From contig NC_069001.1 of NCBI RefSeq assembly GCF_001194135.2, forward strand, positions 37,515,158 through 37,579,157: DNA of 64,000 nucleotides, given 5' to 3'. The position numbers and the translations under genes are program-made. The notes under the pieces were generated by a model that saw only the letters and a list, made by a program, of their open reading frames with translations, had not been told where the DNA came from and ran no database searches. Source of the DNA: Octopus bimaculoides. Its lineage: Eukaryota. The first letter of the stretch is position 1, and each line of letters begins with the position of its first letter. Shown one piece after another: positions 51,387-63,159 of this stretch.

Positions 51387-52232
51387 CCTTCTCTTGACAT
51401 CATGTAATGGTTGTAAATAAGCATCCCCATCATACAAGTGAGGTAGTTCATTTCAATCTTCCACAGAAAACATGTCTGACCATGGGGACATATTATCTTG
51501 CTTGGAGAGAGGCAAAGATTGGTGACAGCAGGAGCATATAACCCCAGAAAATCTACCTCAATGACCCAAGCAAGTACGGAAAAGTGGACAGTGAAACAAT
51601 GCTGAGGATGATGATGTATTTAATACCACATGTAAAAAGAGAAAAATTCTTAATTTATTGAAATTTATCGGAGAAAGCACACAAGAACCTAGCGGTAACT
51701 TTTAGCAATTCTCAAAGATGGGGGAGATAATTTAATGAGGTGACAATTTTTCAAAGTTAATTTCCATAGAGGAGGGAAAAGACTAATTGTTGTTCGAAGG
51801 CAAGGGGCAGAACAATGAGCATGTTTCGTCCTGTTAAAATCTCATCAGCACAATATAGTCTAACCAAACCATCTGGATCTATTGACACAGGATCTTTTTT
51901 TGTTACAAGTACTAAGAAAGGTTACAAAGACCTGAGTCACCATTGAGATAATATTTCATCTTTAAAATATAATATTTATATTTCAAATCGACAAAAGTTG
52001 TTCAGTCAAGCTTTAGCTAGAAGACAACAGCAAAATAAATTAGGATATGTTATGTGATTGTAAAGAGGGGAATTACTCAAGGTTTTAAAACAACAAGTTT
52101 TATATCATAGAATAAAACTATGGAAAGTGTGAGCTTAAAAATGAACATTCTTCAGACAAGAAACTTTGTGTCGTGAAATAAAAGAAAAAATGTTTAATCT
52201 CAACAAAATAGTGATTCGCAAGGTTTACATAC

Positions 52233-52391
52233 CATGTCGTTATTTTCTGAATTGTTGCGACAATAAGCTAGCAAATGTTTGTGCAAGGATGACAATAAGC
52301 TGTGCAGATGGCGTGGAGGGGAGCTGTTATCGACACACAGCAGTTGTAAAGCTTTATCACTGTTCTTCTTAATTTCATTCAAAGCTTGTAC
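52233..52391 (-). CDS. HERC1: HERC1 exon
   Basis: VQALNEIKKNSDK..PRHLHSLLSSLHKHLLAYC; gtgcag/gtatgt. Confidence 0.92.
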
Positions 52392-52619
52392 CTGCACAAA
52401 AAAAAAAGGAAACATTGAAAATCCATCACTCAAATATTTACAGCAAAAAACATTCCAAATCAACAATAAAGACTTATTTCAAACACAGGCAGAGGAGAGC
52501 CAGTGGTTTTGAGAGGAAGGAGAGATCACCAATGAAGTTGGGTCCGGTACGTAGTGGGTCCTTGTTTCATTGACAGGAGAAGAATGAAAGGGAATGAGAA
52601 CCTTGGTGGGAACCAAGAT

Positions 52620-52800
52620 CACAGACATTGCTGCACTGGAAAAGATGGAGAATTACAAGCCACTAAAAGAAGGGATTGCATGAATATGGGAAATGGAGAA
52701 AATAACTGTCATCCTATCAGTTGTAGGGCCACTGGGAGCATTAACAACCAGGTCTGAAAAATTGGGATTGACATGAGGGTAGAACATGCTGAGAATTACA
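52620..52800 (+). mobile_element. Degenerate RLE-domain relic of an R4/Dong-like LINE
   Basis: LEKMENYKPLKEGIA*IWEMEKITVILSVVGPLGAL resembles the EK.EKY..L..E..R.W.....V.P.V.GALG motif. Confidence 0.6.
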
Positions 52801-53206
52801 CATGGTAAATAGCATTCGGTCTTTTTAGTAATGCAGCCCACTTCTTGCAAAAGGTTGCCCATGCTTGGTTTAAAACAACTTTGCATTTAGGACCTGAAGT
52901 GATTTTTTTTTGGGGGGGGGGGAAAGTATATCTTTTATGTTTCCAAATACGATATTCAATAAATGAAAAACAGAAGGAAAATCAATGCTGATAAAGATGG
53001 AATGTGTGTGNNNNNNNNNNNNNNNNNNNNNNNNNNNNNNNNNNNNNNNNNNNNNNNNNNNNNNNNNNNNNNNNNNNNNNNNNNNNNNNNNNNNNNNNNN
53101 NNNNNNNNNNNNNNNNNNNNNNNNNNNNNNNNNNNNNNNNNNNNNNNNNNNNNNNNNNNNNNNNNNNNNNNNNNNNNNNNNNNNNNNNNNNNNNNNNNNN
53201 NNNNGG

Positions 53207-53237
<31 letters not shown>

Positions 53238-53274
53238 TAAAAGGTTGTAGAAATGGATTTTTAAAATGTCGTAC

Positions 53275-53457
53275 CGTATGGAAAGTGAGAGTCCTTAACA
53301 CGGTTTTCATTAACACTTCTGCTAGTTCAACATCCATTGTGTTGTCATAATCTGGACTGGCAGAAACGGTAGAATCGAAAGGCTCAGCAAATCCAAGAAG
53401 GGATGCAATGTGAGAATTGTCTTGGAGACTAGCAAGAATGATGTCAAGTTGCATACG
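53275..53457 (-). CDS. HERC1: HERC1 exon
   Basis: RMQLDIILASLQDNSHIASLLG..LAEVLMKTVLRTLTFHT; tttcag/gtacga. Confidence 0.94.
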
Positions 53458-53568
53458 CTGAAAATAAACAAAAATGTATATGTGTCATCATCATCATCAT
53501 CGTCGTTTAACGTCTGCTTTCCATGCTAGCATGGGTTGGACGATTTGACTGAGGACTGGTGAAACCAG

Positions 53569-53679
53569 ATGGCTACACCAGGTTCCAATCTGATTTGGCA
53601 GAGTTTCTACAGCTGGATGCCCTTCCTAACGTGAGCTGTAGAAACTCTGCCAAATCAGATTGGAGCCTGGTGTAGCCAT
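53569..53679. repeat. 46-bp near-perfect foldback, 19-nt loop
   Basis: 45/46 arm match. Confidence 0.95.
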
Positions 53680-53760
53680 TGTAAAAATATATGTATACGT
53701 ATATATGCATAATATACATGTAGATATATATGTACATGTTTATACATGTGTGTTTATATG

Positions 53761-53799
<39 letters not shown>

Positions 53800-54101
53800 A
53801 CATACACACAGGGTGTCCCAAAAATTACTAAGAGAGGTTTGGCAAATTTATTAACTTCTAATAAGAAATATACTCTGAATAATTAGCATGTGAAAACATT
53901 TAGCTAATTGGTGACTTTCAAGACATCCTACAATTATATCTAAAAGTCGATGTATGTATGGATGCATGTGTGAATGTGTACCAGAGAAATATGCAACACA
54001 TCCATAACTTCATTTGCAATAGAAATATACAATAGTGCAGGAATACACGATAATATAGAAATATGTGACAATGCAGTTAATGTGCGATAATATAGTAATA
54101 C

Positions 54102-54227
54102 CTGGCCTCTAGATAGTGTGTCCCATCTATCACTGCCTTGTGGAAGCAGGGAATGAAGCAGTTCCATCCTCTCCTTTAATGGTGGTAACAATAATGGTGC
54201 TCCAATTGATAAAGTCTCTATCACAGC
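54102..54227 (-). CDS. HERC1: HERC1 exon
   Basis: AVIETLSIGAPLLLPPLKERMELLHSLLPQGSDRWDTLSRGQ; tttcag/gtatta. Confidence 0.95.
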
Positions 54228-55280
54228 CTGAAATGAAGAACACAGATGGAAATTTGTAAAATGGTGAAACAGCCTCGCCCGCCCGCCCACCCACCTGCCT
54301 AGGGTGTGTATATAACATTATTTATATTTCTCAACATTTCTCTATAGTGTATATCATTTATATTTTGATTCAGTCTTTTAACTGTGGCCATGCTGGGGCA
54401 CTGCCTTGAAGGGTTTTAACAGAAACAGATTGACCCCCAGTACTTAGTTTTAAAACTGGTCCTTATCCTAACAGTTCTCCTTTTGCTGAACTGCTAGGTT
54501 ACAGGATAGTAAACAAACCAATATTGGTTGTCAAGCGAAGGTGGGAAACCAAACACAAAGTCTCATACACACACACACACACACACACACACAAGTATAC
54601 AATGGGTTTCTTTCAGTTTCCATCAACCAAATCCACTCACAAGGCTTGTCAGCCCAGGGCTATAGTAAAAGACACATGTATATCTCTTCAGCGACACTTC
54701 GTTTTCAAGTGTGTTCTTGCTGCTGAGAAGGGAACTTTAACTACACACAACTTCAAAGGTACAAAGTGAGTTGTTGACAGCAGGAACAACGACACTCATA
54801 GTCAGTGTTGCTGTGTACACATTTAATTTTTTGACCCCTAGTCAACGACAACACTTGTAGTCAGAAAGCACAAAGGTAAACACAGACACACACAGGTACA
54901 TGTGTGTGTGTGTGTGTGTATATTTACCAAGTGCAAATAGGCAAGCAAAACAAACAGACAGGTCTTTGTTGAATAAATATGTTCTGCACTATACTTGCTC
55001 CATCCCAGTTGCAAAGACAATCCCTCGTCACTTTCACCATCATGGATGCCATGAAGCAGTGATTGTCTCATTGAAAGCTTGCGACCAGGGTTGAAACAAT
55101 TGTTTACCAAATGCAAAGTAAAATAAAATAAATGAAGGTGGACTCCTCTGACCCATGCTGTCAGGGTTTTAGTTTGCATATCATGAATGCATAACACTGT
55201 GACAGTCATCTTCGAAGACATGTGCAAAGAAGGAAGGTTAGCGTTGGTTAGAATTAATAAATACAGCACCCGATACACAC

Positions 55281-55446
55281 CTGTTGCACCGATGGGGGTG
55301 TGTCGATATCTAGCAGTCGAAAGAGCAGATTACGGAATGGTCGAGAATGATCTCCAAGTATTCCCTTTGAGACTCCACTAGCTTGAGCAAGGGACAGATG
55401 AGTCCCCAGAATATTCAGACACAACTGAATGAAATGACAATGATCT
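55281..55446 (-). CDS. HERC1: HERC1 exon
   Basis: DHCHFIQLCLNILGTHLSLAQASGVSKGILG..FRNLLFRLLD; ttccag/gtgtgt. Confidence 0.93.
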
Positions 55447-56021
55447 CTGGAAAAGGGAAACAAAAAAAAATAACATTTAACTTTCCTCAAAATAAGTTCT
55501 ACAAAATAAGTTCTACATAAAAGCACTTGCTGTAGTTCAGTCCTGGATCAGCAATATATATATATATATATATAATAATATTTTACAAGCTTAAAGTTTA
55601 TAAGCGATCACGGGGCATTGACTAAGGTAGCCCTCAGTCAATGCACGGTAACTGCTTATAAACTTTAAGCATGGTGATCACTTATAAGCTTTAAGCTTGT
55701 AAAATATTATTATTATTATTTACAGATTTGTAAAATCAACACTGCTTACCAAAAATCATATATGTATCAATAAATAACAATAGATGGATAATGTGTCAAT
55801 CCACTACAGCTGTTGCCAATGAATCTTTAATTAATTAATCGTATTTTGGGTTGGCAACTAAGTTGACCTTGGCGGAATTTGAACTCAGAACGTAACGACT
55901 GGTGAAATATCACTAAGCAATTTGCCCGATGTGCTAACGATTCTGCCAGTTCGCTGCCTTTGTGAGTAATAATAATAATAATAATGAGAAGTAGAGAGAA
56001 AGAGTAAAGAGAGGTACTTAC

Positions 56022-56156
56022 TGTTTGGTGTTGAAAGGCAGTGGTGGTGCAGACCCGTTGACATCATCACAATAGTGTTCAAGAAACGTATGCAGTAAGA
56101 GAAAGGTGGATTCTTGTAAGTCGACACAGAATGGCCGATTCCATGCAATAACATTC
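56022..56156 (-). CDS. HERC1: HERC1 exon
   Basis: NVIAWNRPFCVDLQESTFLLLHTFLEHYCD..PPLPF; gtccag/gtaagt. Confidence 0.93.
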
Positions 56157-57241
56157 CTGGACAAAATAGAAATAATAATAAAAATATATAAACAACAACA
56201 ACAATAATAATAATAATGATAATGATTTCAAATTTTGGCATAAGGCAATTTGGGGCAGGGGAAGAGTCGATGACAGTATTCAAAGGATGAAGAAGAAGAA
56301 GACGACGACAACAATAATGATATCATATTTTTCTCTTTCATTTGTTTCAGTCACTGGACTGTGGCCATGCTGGAGCACTGCTTTGAAGGGGTTTAAATGA
56401 ATAAAGCAACTTTAATACTTATTATTTTTCATTCATTCTATTGGTCTCTTTTGAGGAAATATTAAGTTATGGGGACATAAACAAACCGACAGCAGTTGTC
56501 AAGTAGCATTAAGAAATGGTAATGAGTGCATATATTGGCTATGAGAAATAGTCTAATATTGGGGTATATAAACCCATTTTTACCATTGTGGGTTTATATG
56601 CCCCAATATCCAACTATATTCTATAGTCAATATCACGTGATCACGTGACCAACCATTAGATGTTGTTATACATGGCTGGTCACAATGTGCTTTGATATTG
56701 TTTTAGCCATCGAAAGACGCCACCCTGCTGGTGAGGCAGCAGGCCTACATTGGATGGGGGGGGGAGTGAAGCAACGTGAAATGAAGTGTTTTGCTCAAGA
56801 ACACAATGTGCTGCCCTGTCTGGGAATTGAACATGTGATCTATATATAATATATATGAGGGGATTCTTTCAGCTTCCATCTACCAAGTCCACTCACAAAG
56901 ACTGAACCCAGAACCATGTGGTTGGAAAACAAGCTTCTTACCACACAGCCACACCTGTGCCTATAGTCAATGTACACAGTGAAAACTCATAATTATATTT
57001 ACAAAAAACAGTACACACACGCATACACATACATGCGGGCACATACACATACACAACAGGCTTCTTTCAGCTTCTGTCAACCAAAACCTTACACGAGGCT
57101 TTGATCAGCCTGGGGCTATACTAAAAAAACACTTGGGCAAGGTGCCATGCAGAGGGACTGAACCAACAATAATGTGGTTGGGAAGTAAACTATTTATCTC
57201 GGCCACACCTGCACCTACACACACATACACATACACATTAC

Positions 57242-57413
57242 CTGTCGGTGGGTAGAGCTGTCCATGCTATACTGTGTGATGTTCCTGCTGATATCTGGTG
57301 AATACTAACTCCATCCAACCCGATAACTTTCTTTGGCTTAGAGATGGGGCTGTGAGCGTGTCCTTGGCCACACTGACCCATTGTGTTGTTGCCCCAGGCA
57401 TACACCTCGTTCT
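57242..57413 (-). CDS. HERC1: HERC1 exon (last RCC1 repeat of RLD1)
   Basis: ENEVYAWGNNTMGQCGQG..QISAGTSHSIAWTALPTD; attcag/gtaatg. Confidence 0.95.
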
Positions 57414-58059
57414 CTGAATGAAAGGAAAAAAAAAGAGGAAAACAAATAAAAACATAAAAACCAGATTAAAGGCCTGAAATTAAGGGGGAAAGGGGTAGTC
57501 AATCACATCGACCCCAGTGTGCAACTGGTGTTTATTTTATCGACCCTGAAAGGGTGAAAGGCAAAGTTGACAATGGTGGAATTTGAACTTAGAATGTAAC
57601 GAGTCAGAAGAAATACTGCAATGCATTTTTTCTCACACTTTAACAAGTCTGCCAACTTCCCACCTTAATGATAATAATAATAATCCTTTCTATTATAAGC
57701 ACAAGGCCTGAAATTTGGGGGAGGGGATAGTCGATTACATCAACCCCAGTACTCAGCTGGTACTTATGTTATTGAGCCCCAAAAGAATGAAAGGCAAAGT
57801 TTACCTCAGCAGGATTTGAACTCAGAACATAAAGAAGTGGGCTGGGCAGAGACTGGAGTTGAGTAGAGGTGAAGTTGGGTAGCAATGAATTTGCATATAG
57901 GAAAGGTGGGTAGAAGTAGGGCTTGGTGAAAGTGGTACCCAAACAGCAAGCTATGAGGAGTGAAGGTCACTGAGTGAATGCAGGGACGAAATGAAGCTGT
58001 GTTCCCTAAAGGTTTCTTAAGAAAGCAAAAATCGATTATCGATGAGAGTCGAAACTAAC

Positions 58060-58204
58060 CGTGTGTGAGAGCCAAACAATGCGTATCACCACAAGCTATA
58101 TCAGCAATGCAGGTACTCTGGAACTCTTCTATCTGGCGAGGCCGCAGTGCAGTGTACTCAGGGGAGCCACACCCTAAACATGAACCGCACCCCCACGCAT
58201 ACAC
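58060..58204 (-). CDS. HERC1: HERC1 exon (RCC1 repeat)
   Basis: VYAWGCGSCLGCGSPEYTALRPRQIEE..DIACGDTHCLALTH; ttccag/gttagt. Confidence 0.95.
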
Positions 58205-59099
58205 CTGGAAAAGAAAAGCACAAGATGGTCGATAATTAGAGAGAACGGAGTAGAGTTTTACAAGTCAACAAGGCAGCCACTGTGTAGCTAGTCCATTCAC
58301 TAGAAACAACAGTCAAATATTTACTAATTCTATCAAATTTCATTGCAGAATGAAGGGGAGTGTCCATAATCTTTTTCAGGTTGTCTCAAACTGGTGGAAG
58401 GGAGAGGAGGTAGGGAAGGGGATGATGAAACCCTGATCAATGGGTTTCTGTTGTATGAGGCACCACACCAAGTTAGGGAGTCATCTATCAACAGACTGGA
58501 AACAATCGTCTTCAATGTCAGTCTTCCATACTGGTGATGATGGTGCAAGAGGATTCTATGAGCCAGAGAATTGCATTAAACTCCAATGTCTGCTTTGGCA
58601 TGGTTTCTTCAGCCTGATGCGCTTCCTAATGCCAACCACTTTATAAAATGTGCTGGGTACTCCTTTGCATGGCACCAGCACTAGTGAGGTCAACAAGTTA
58701 CTTGTAAGACAAAGAAAAAGACCCCCTCATCTGAGTAAGGGTGTAGTAGAGAGGGAGGTAGCTTTGTGCCAAGTGTTGAGGGGCTAAAGTATGACTGACA
58801 GTTGGGAGCAGATATCATCATCACCATCATCAACAATGTCCGTTTTCCGTGCTGGAATGAGTTGGACGGTTTGAAAGAAGCTGGCCAGCTGGGAGCTGTC
58901 CAGACCCCAGTTGTCCGTTGTGGCCTGGTTTCTACAGCTGGATGCCCTTCCTAATGCCAACCACTTAACAGAGTGATGCTGGGTGCCATTTATGTGCCAC
59001 CAGCATGGGTGCGTTTACACCTGTTGCTAAAACTGTGGATGAACTTCAGGTAAAGACAGAGTAGATTTAATTAAAGGTAATTATTAAAGACACCCTCAC

Positions 59100-59227
59100 C
59101 TGTCCAGAAGATGTCAATGCTAACGAAGACTGCGTCCCACAAACGACTTTCCGGATGTAAAACTCGGTGAAAGTTTCAATGATTTTTGGCTTATAGAGGC
59201 GATTGGTGTCTCCATGTCCCAACTTTC
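59100..59227 (-). CDS. HERC1: HERC1 exon (RCC1 repeat)
   Basis: GKLGHGDTNRLYKPKIIE..IRKVVCGTQSSLALTSSGQ; ttgtag/gtgagg. Confidence 0.95.
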
Positions 59228-59474
59228 CTACAAACAGAGAAACAGACAGGGATGTAGGGGGCAGCAGATTAGTCATGTGTAGCGTTTGTGTGTGTGCATT
59301 CATGCATGTGTATGTGTGTATATGTATGCATGTGTATGTGTGCATGTGTGTGTGCATGTGTGCGTGCATATGTGTGTGAGTGTGCATGTGTGAATATGCA
59401 TGCGATCTAGGTTAGAAACTGACTCTTTCTCTATTGGAAAGAAAACTTGAAATAAAACTGAACAATGATATACA

Positions 59475-59938
59475 TACAGGGTGTGATGGGTAAATTGTCA
59501 CCATTTTATATTTTTAATTTCGCGCATGCATATTGTTTCTGATTTTGTTGACTACACAGTATTGTAGAGTCAGTTGGGCACCATCTGTGAGGAAAACAAT
59601 TCTATGACACAATTCACTCTGCCAGAAATTTGGAAACGACATGCTGTGTTGCTTAGTATTCGCACTGGAAGCTCCAATATGAACATTTCAGAGTGTTTGG
59701 GTGTCAATCTGAGGACAGTGTGATCTAAGGACATGTACCTGCTTTCCATGCTGGCATGGGTTGGACAGTTTAACTGAGAGCTGGCAAGCCAGAAGGCTGC
59801 ACCAGGCTCCAATTGAATAAATTTACTCTTTAATATTTCATTTTTATGTAATTTAAAAAAATATATCTGTTAAAATGAGATGCCAGTGTTATTTTCATTT
59901 TTGCGTAATTGAAACAACAGTTTATTCACCGCACCCTG
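59475..59938 (+). mobile_element. Internally deleted Tc1-like element carrying a nested retroposon-tail fragment (about 59733-59813)
   Basis: TA-CAGGGTGTGATGGGTAAATTGT ... ACAGTTTATTCACCGCACCCTG. Short ORF 59604-59723 MTQFTLPEIWKRHAVLLSIRTGSSNMNISECLGVNLRTV resembles a transposase HTH. Confidence 0.75.
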
Positions 59939-60069
59939 TGTGTATATATATATATATATCAGGTGGTGTGTATAAAAACTACAATGTTGAGACACAGAGA
60001 CACATTTAGAGATGCAGTGTCTCCTATTAGTCCACACTCTGCCAACATGAAGCAATACACACACATCCA

Positions 60070-60110
<41 letters not shown>

Positions 60111-60183
60111 ACACACACACACACCCACTCTCTTTCTTCTTTCCTCTCTTTCATTTCTTTTGCAAAAATTTCAACAGACTAAC

Positions 60184-60327
60184 CATTATCTCCGCCGCCA
60201 AACGACCAAACTGTTTTACCATCTTGTGACACAGCAATGGTGTGTGAACTGCCACAGGCTACCTGGCCGACTCCAGAAACATCTTTGATGCATGTTGGTA
60301 CGTTCTTACTGTTGCTGTCACCATGTC
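60184..60327 (-). CDS. HERC1: HERC1 exon (RCC1 repeat)
   Basis: GHGDSNSKNVPT..GQVACGSSHTIAVSQDGKTVWSFGGGDN; ttatag/gttagt. Confidence 0.95.
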
Positions 60328-60752
60328 CTATAACATAAATGAATGAATAAAATATAAACGAAGGGTCAAACAGACAGACAGACAGACAGTGAAATAGACA
60401 GACAGACAGGAAGAAAAATAACTTGCTAGCTCAACCAGACAGATAGGGAAATATACATATATTTCATTATATGTATATGGAGAAACAACTTGATAGACAG
60501 ACACAGATAAAAAAAACACCATCAGCCAGCTAGATAGTCAGACAGAAGACTAGCTACAAATATAGGCAAATAGACAGAAAAATAGCTAGAGAGATAGACA
60601 GACAGACAGACAAAAATTAGATAGATGGATAACTATTCAAATACACTGATAGAAAGAAGTGTAGGGAAGAGCAAAGTCTACATGGTCTCTTCATGTAGCT
60701 TTCTCTTGCCCTCTTTTTTCCTCTCTCTCCAACATGAAGCTATAACACCTAC

Positions 60753-60849
60753 CCAATCGTCCATAATCTCCGTCACCACAGGTGTACAGTTCTCCATCTT
60801 CAGTCACAAAGGCACTATGACGATGACCAGCAGACACACACTTGACCAC
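60753..60849 (-). CDS. HERC1: HERC1 exon (RCC1 repeat)
   Basis: [32 protein letters not shown]; tttcag/gtaggt. Confidence 0.95.
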
Positions 60850-62214
60850 CTGAAACAATAAAAAGAGATGCAATGAAAGTAGCCGGGGGGGATGTGAGTG
60901 GAAGAGGAGGGGGAGGAGAAACACTCATGTTCCAACTAGGAACTTACACCCTCCATGGCATCAACACTCACCTTCAATTCTCCTTGATCCTTCTCAACCT
61001 GAACACTCACCCATACTCTTTCTGATTCCTTGTGCTCCTTGCCTTTCATCAACACACAAATGTCTGATTTATTTCTGAACTGTGTGTTTCTATGCCAGAC
61101 ACTGGTCCACTTGTACCAGAAGGCTAACCCTGTCCCGGCTCCTTGATGCTCCACCCACCATCTCTCACATCAGCCACCCATCTCCCTAACTAATCCATAT
61201 CAGTCCTCACACCACCCACTACCTCCCTCTCAACCCTCGACCTTAACACCCTACATCTCTCATTCACTGCAGTTACCATAGTGTCTATCCTTCCACCTCC
61301 CTCACCATCAGACCCCACACTAACCCCTATATCCTATCCTTCTTCTCCAGAGCAATATGCTTCTAGAATCTATCCCAATTTCTATCAACACCACCACCAC
61401 CACCCCTGTCCCCCCCATACAGTTGCCAAATTTTAAACTATTCAACAAAACACTGTTACTCTCACCTTCCTTCTAAAACACGCAAATAAAATAAACAGCA
61501 ACAAAAGAAAATAGATACAACTACCCCCTATCCTTACCATTTGACCTAATGACTCTTTTATTCCCACTTCAGCCATACCTAGGGGTCAATATTTTTTTTT
61601 CTTTCTTAATGTAAAGACTAAAGCTTCAACACAAAATACATTAACCCTTTGGAGACGGAGCCTCATTTGCAGTTTCAGGGCCAAGAAGACGGAGCCCTTT
61701 TCACAAGCCCTACAGAAAGCCTGCATTTATTTTTCAAAAAAAAAAAAAATTATAAAAAATAAAGTAGTTACTTTACATATTATAAAACTATTTATATTCT
61801 TGTNNNNNNNNNNNNNNNNNNNNNNNNNNNNNNNNNNNNNNNNNNNNNNNNNNNNNNNNNNNNNNNNNNNNNNNNNNNNNNNNNNNNNNNNNNNNNNNNN
61901 NNNNNNNNNNNNNNNNNNNNNNNNNNNNNNNNNNNNNNNNNNNNNNNNNNNNNNNNNNNNNNNNNNNNNNNNNNNNNNNNNNNNNNNNNNNNNNNNNNNN
62001 NNNNNNNNNNNNNNNNNNNNNNNNNNNNNNNNNNNNNNNNNNNNNNNNNNNNNNNNNNNNNNNNNNNNNNNNNNNNNNNNNNNNNNNNNNNNNNNNNNNN
62101 NNNNNNNNNNNNNNNNNNNNNNNNNNNNNNNNNNNNNNNNNNNNNNNNNNGGAGAGAGAGAGGGAGAGAGGGAGAGAGGGAGAGAGAGAGAGAGAGAGAG
62201 AGAGAATGCCTTAC

Positions 62215-62294
62215 TTTGCCACTCAATGGTCCTTGAATCAGTTTGGGATATTTCTGGGACACTGTGTTTCCATGTCCAAGTTTACCATAGTCGC
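62215..62294 (-). CDS. HERC1: HERC1 exon (RCC1 repeat)
   Basis: GDYGKLGHGNTVSQKYPKLIQGPLSGK; ttgacag/gtaagg; 80 nt. Confidence 0.95.
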
Positions 62295-62635
62295 CTGTCA
62301 AAGAAGAAATGGTAGAAACAGGCAGGTATATTACAAGACATTTCTACACCAAAAGCAAGGATGTTTGGAACCAGTGAGGGGCTATCTATATGGACAACTA
62401 ACTGTGACCCATTAGAAATAGCAGCTAAATCTCACTCAACTTACACCCTACTTTATTTTTTTTAAGACCATATAAGAAAATGCAGTCATAGGCACACTAT
62501 GTCTGATCCCTGTGAAATGGCTTTTATCAAAGAATAGTTGGATCAGGTCTGACCCGGGGCTAAACAACAACCAAATATTCTATACACAAGTTATACTATA
62601 CATGCATTATACACTAGATATGCTATATATGATAT

Positions 62636-63015
62636 CGTGGCACTCTGTCGATTATGACGATGAGGGTTCCAGTTGATCCGATCAATGGAACAGCCAGCTC
62701 ATGAAATTAACATGCAAGTGGCTGAGCACTCCACAGACATGTGTACCCTTAATGTAGTTCTCAGGGAGATTCAGCGTGACACAGAGTGTGACAAGGCTGA
62801 CCCTTTGAAATACAGGTACAACAGAAACAGGAAGAAAGAGTGAGAGAAAGTTGTGGTGAAAGAGTACAGCTGGGTTAGTCACTACCCCCTGCCGGAGCCT
62901 TGTGGAGCTTTAGGTGTTTTCGCTCAATAAACGCTCACAACACCCAGTCTGGGAATCGAAACCGTGATCCTACGACCACGAGTCCACTGCCCTAACCACT
63001 GGGCCATTGCACCTC
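62636..63015 (-). mobile_element. tRNA-derived SINE, third family (related + copy 19116-19406)
   Basis: Minus-strand head gaggtgcaatggcccagtggttagggc..ggtttcgattccc; conserved central block ctgaatctccctgagaactacattaa shared with 19116-19406. Confidence 0.8.
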
Positions 63016-63159
63016 TATATATAATATACTATATACAAGTTATATTATGTATCATACAACACAATTTAACCTAAAACATCTACACATTTGCAGCAATGGA
63101 TTAATGATTGCCAATTACACCATTCCACATTTTAGGAGGAAACAAAAACCTCAGTGAGT

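Larger units (their letters stand above)
126..62294 (-). other. HERC1: HERC1 orthologue, partial gene span (53 exons in window; both gene ends outside)
   Basis: Exon translations match human HERC1 colinearly as I recall it (e.g. GDYGKLGHGN..QKYPKLIQGPL.GK, ERMELLHSLLPQG.DRW, GNEGTCVGVSRWPV, EMGFSL, TSPNF.VTQALV.LLA, LQEQY.YEK). All junctions are GT-AG and in phase. Confidence 0.97.

Noticed and set aside
60778-60780. Cys (TGT) in place of the usual Trp in an RCC1 repeat (LYTCG)
   Set aside because: C-G occurs at this position in other RCC1 repeats and it cannot be corrected by A-to-I editing; ordinary substitution.
60936-61154. 72-aa minus-strand ORF with several gtgagt motifs
   Set aside because: Purine-rich and low complexity, with no recognisable homology. 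The flanking RCC1 exons are contiguous without it.
126-62294. U12-type introns, nested genes, snoRNAs, hammerhead ribozymes
   Set aside because: All donors are ordinary GT with no GTATCCTT. No coherent plus-strand exon chain was seen. I found no convincing C/D box pair with a terminal stem or a CTGATGA..GAAA core by eye. An Infernal/Rfam scan would be needed to exclude them.
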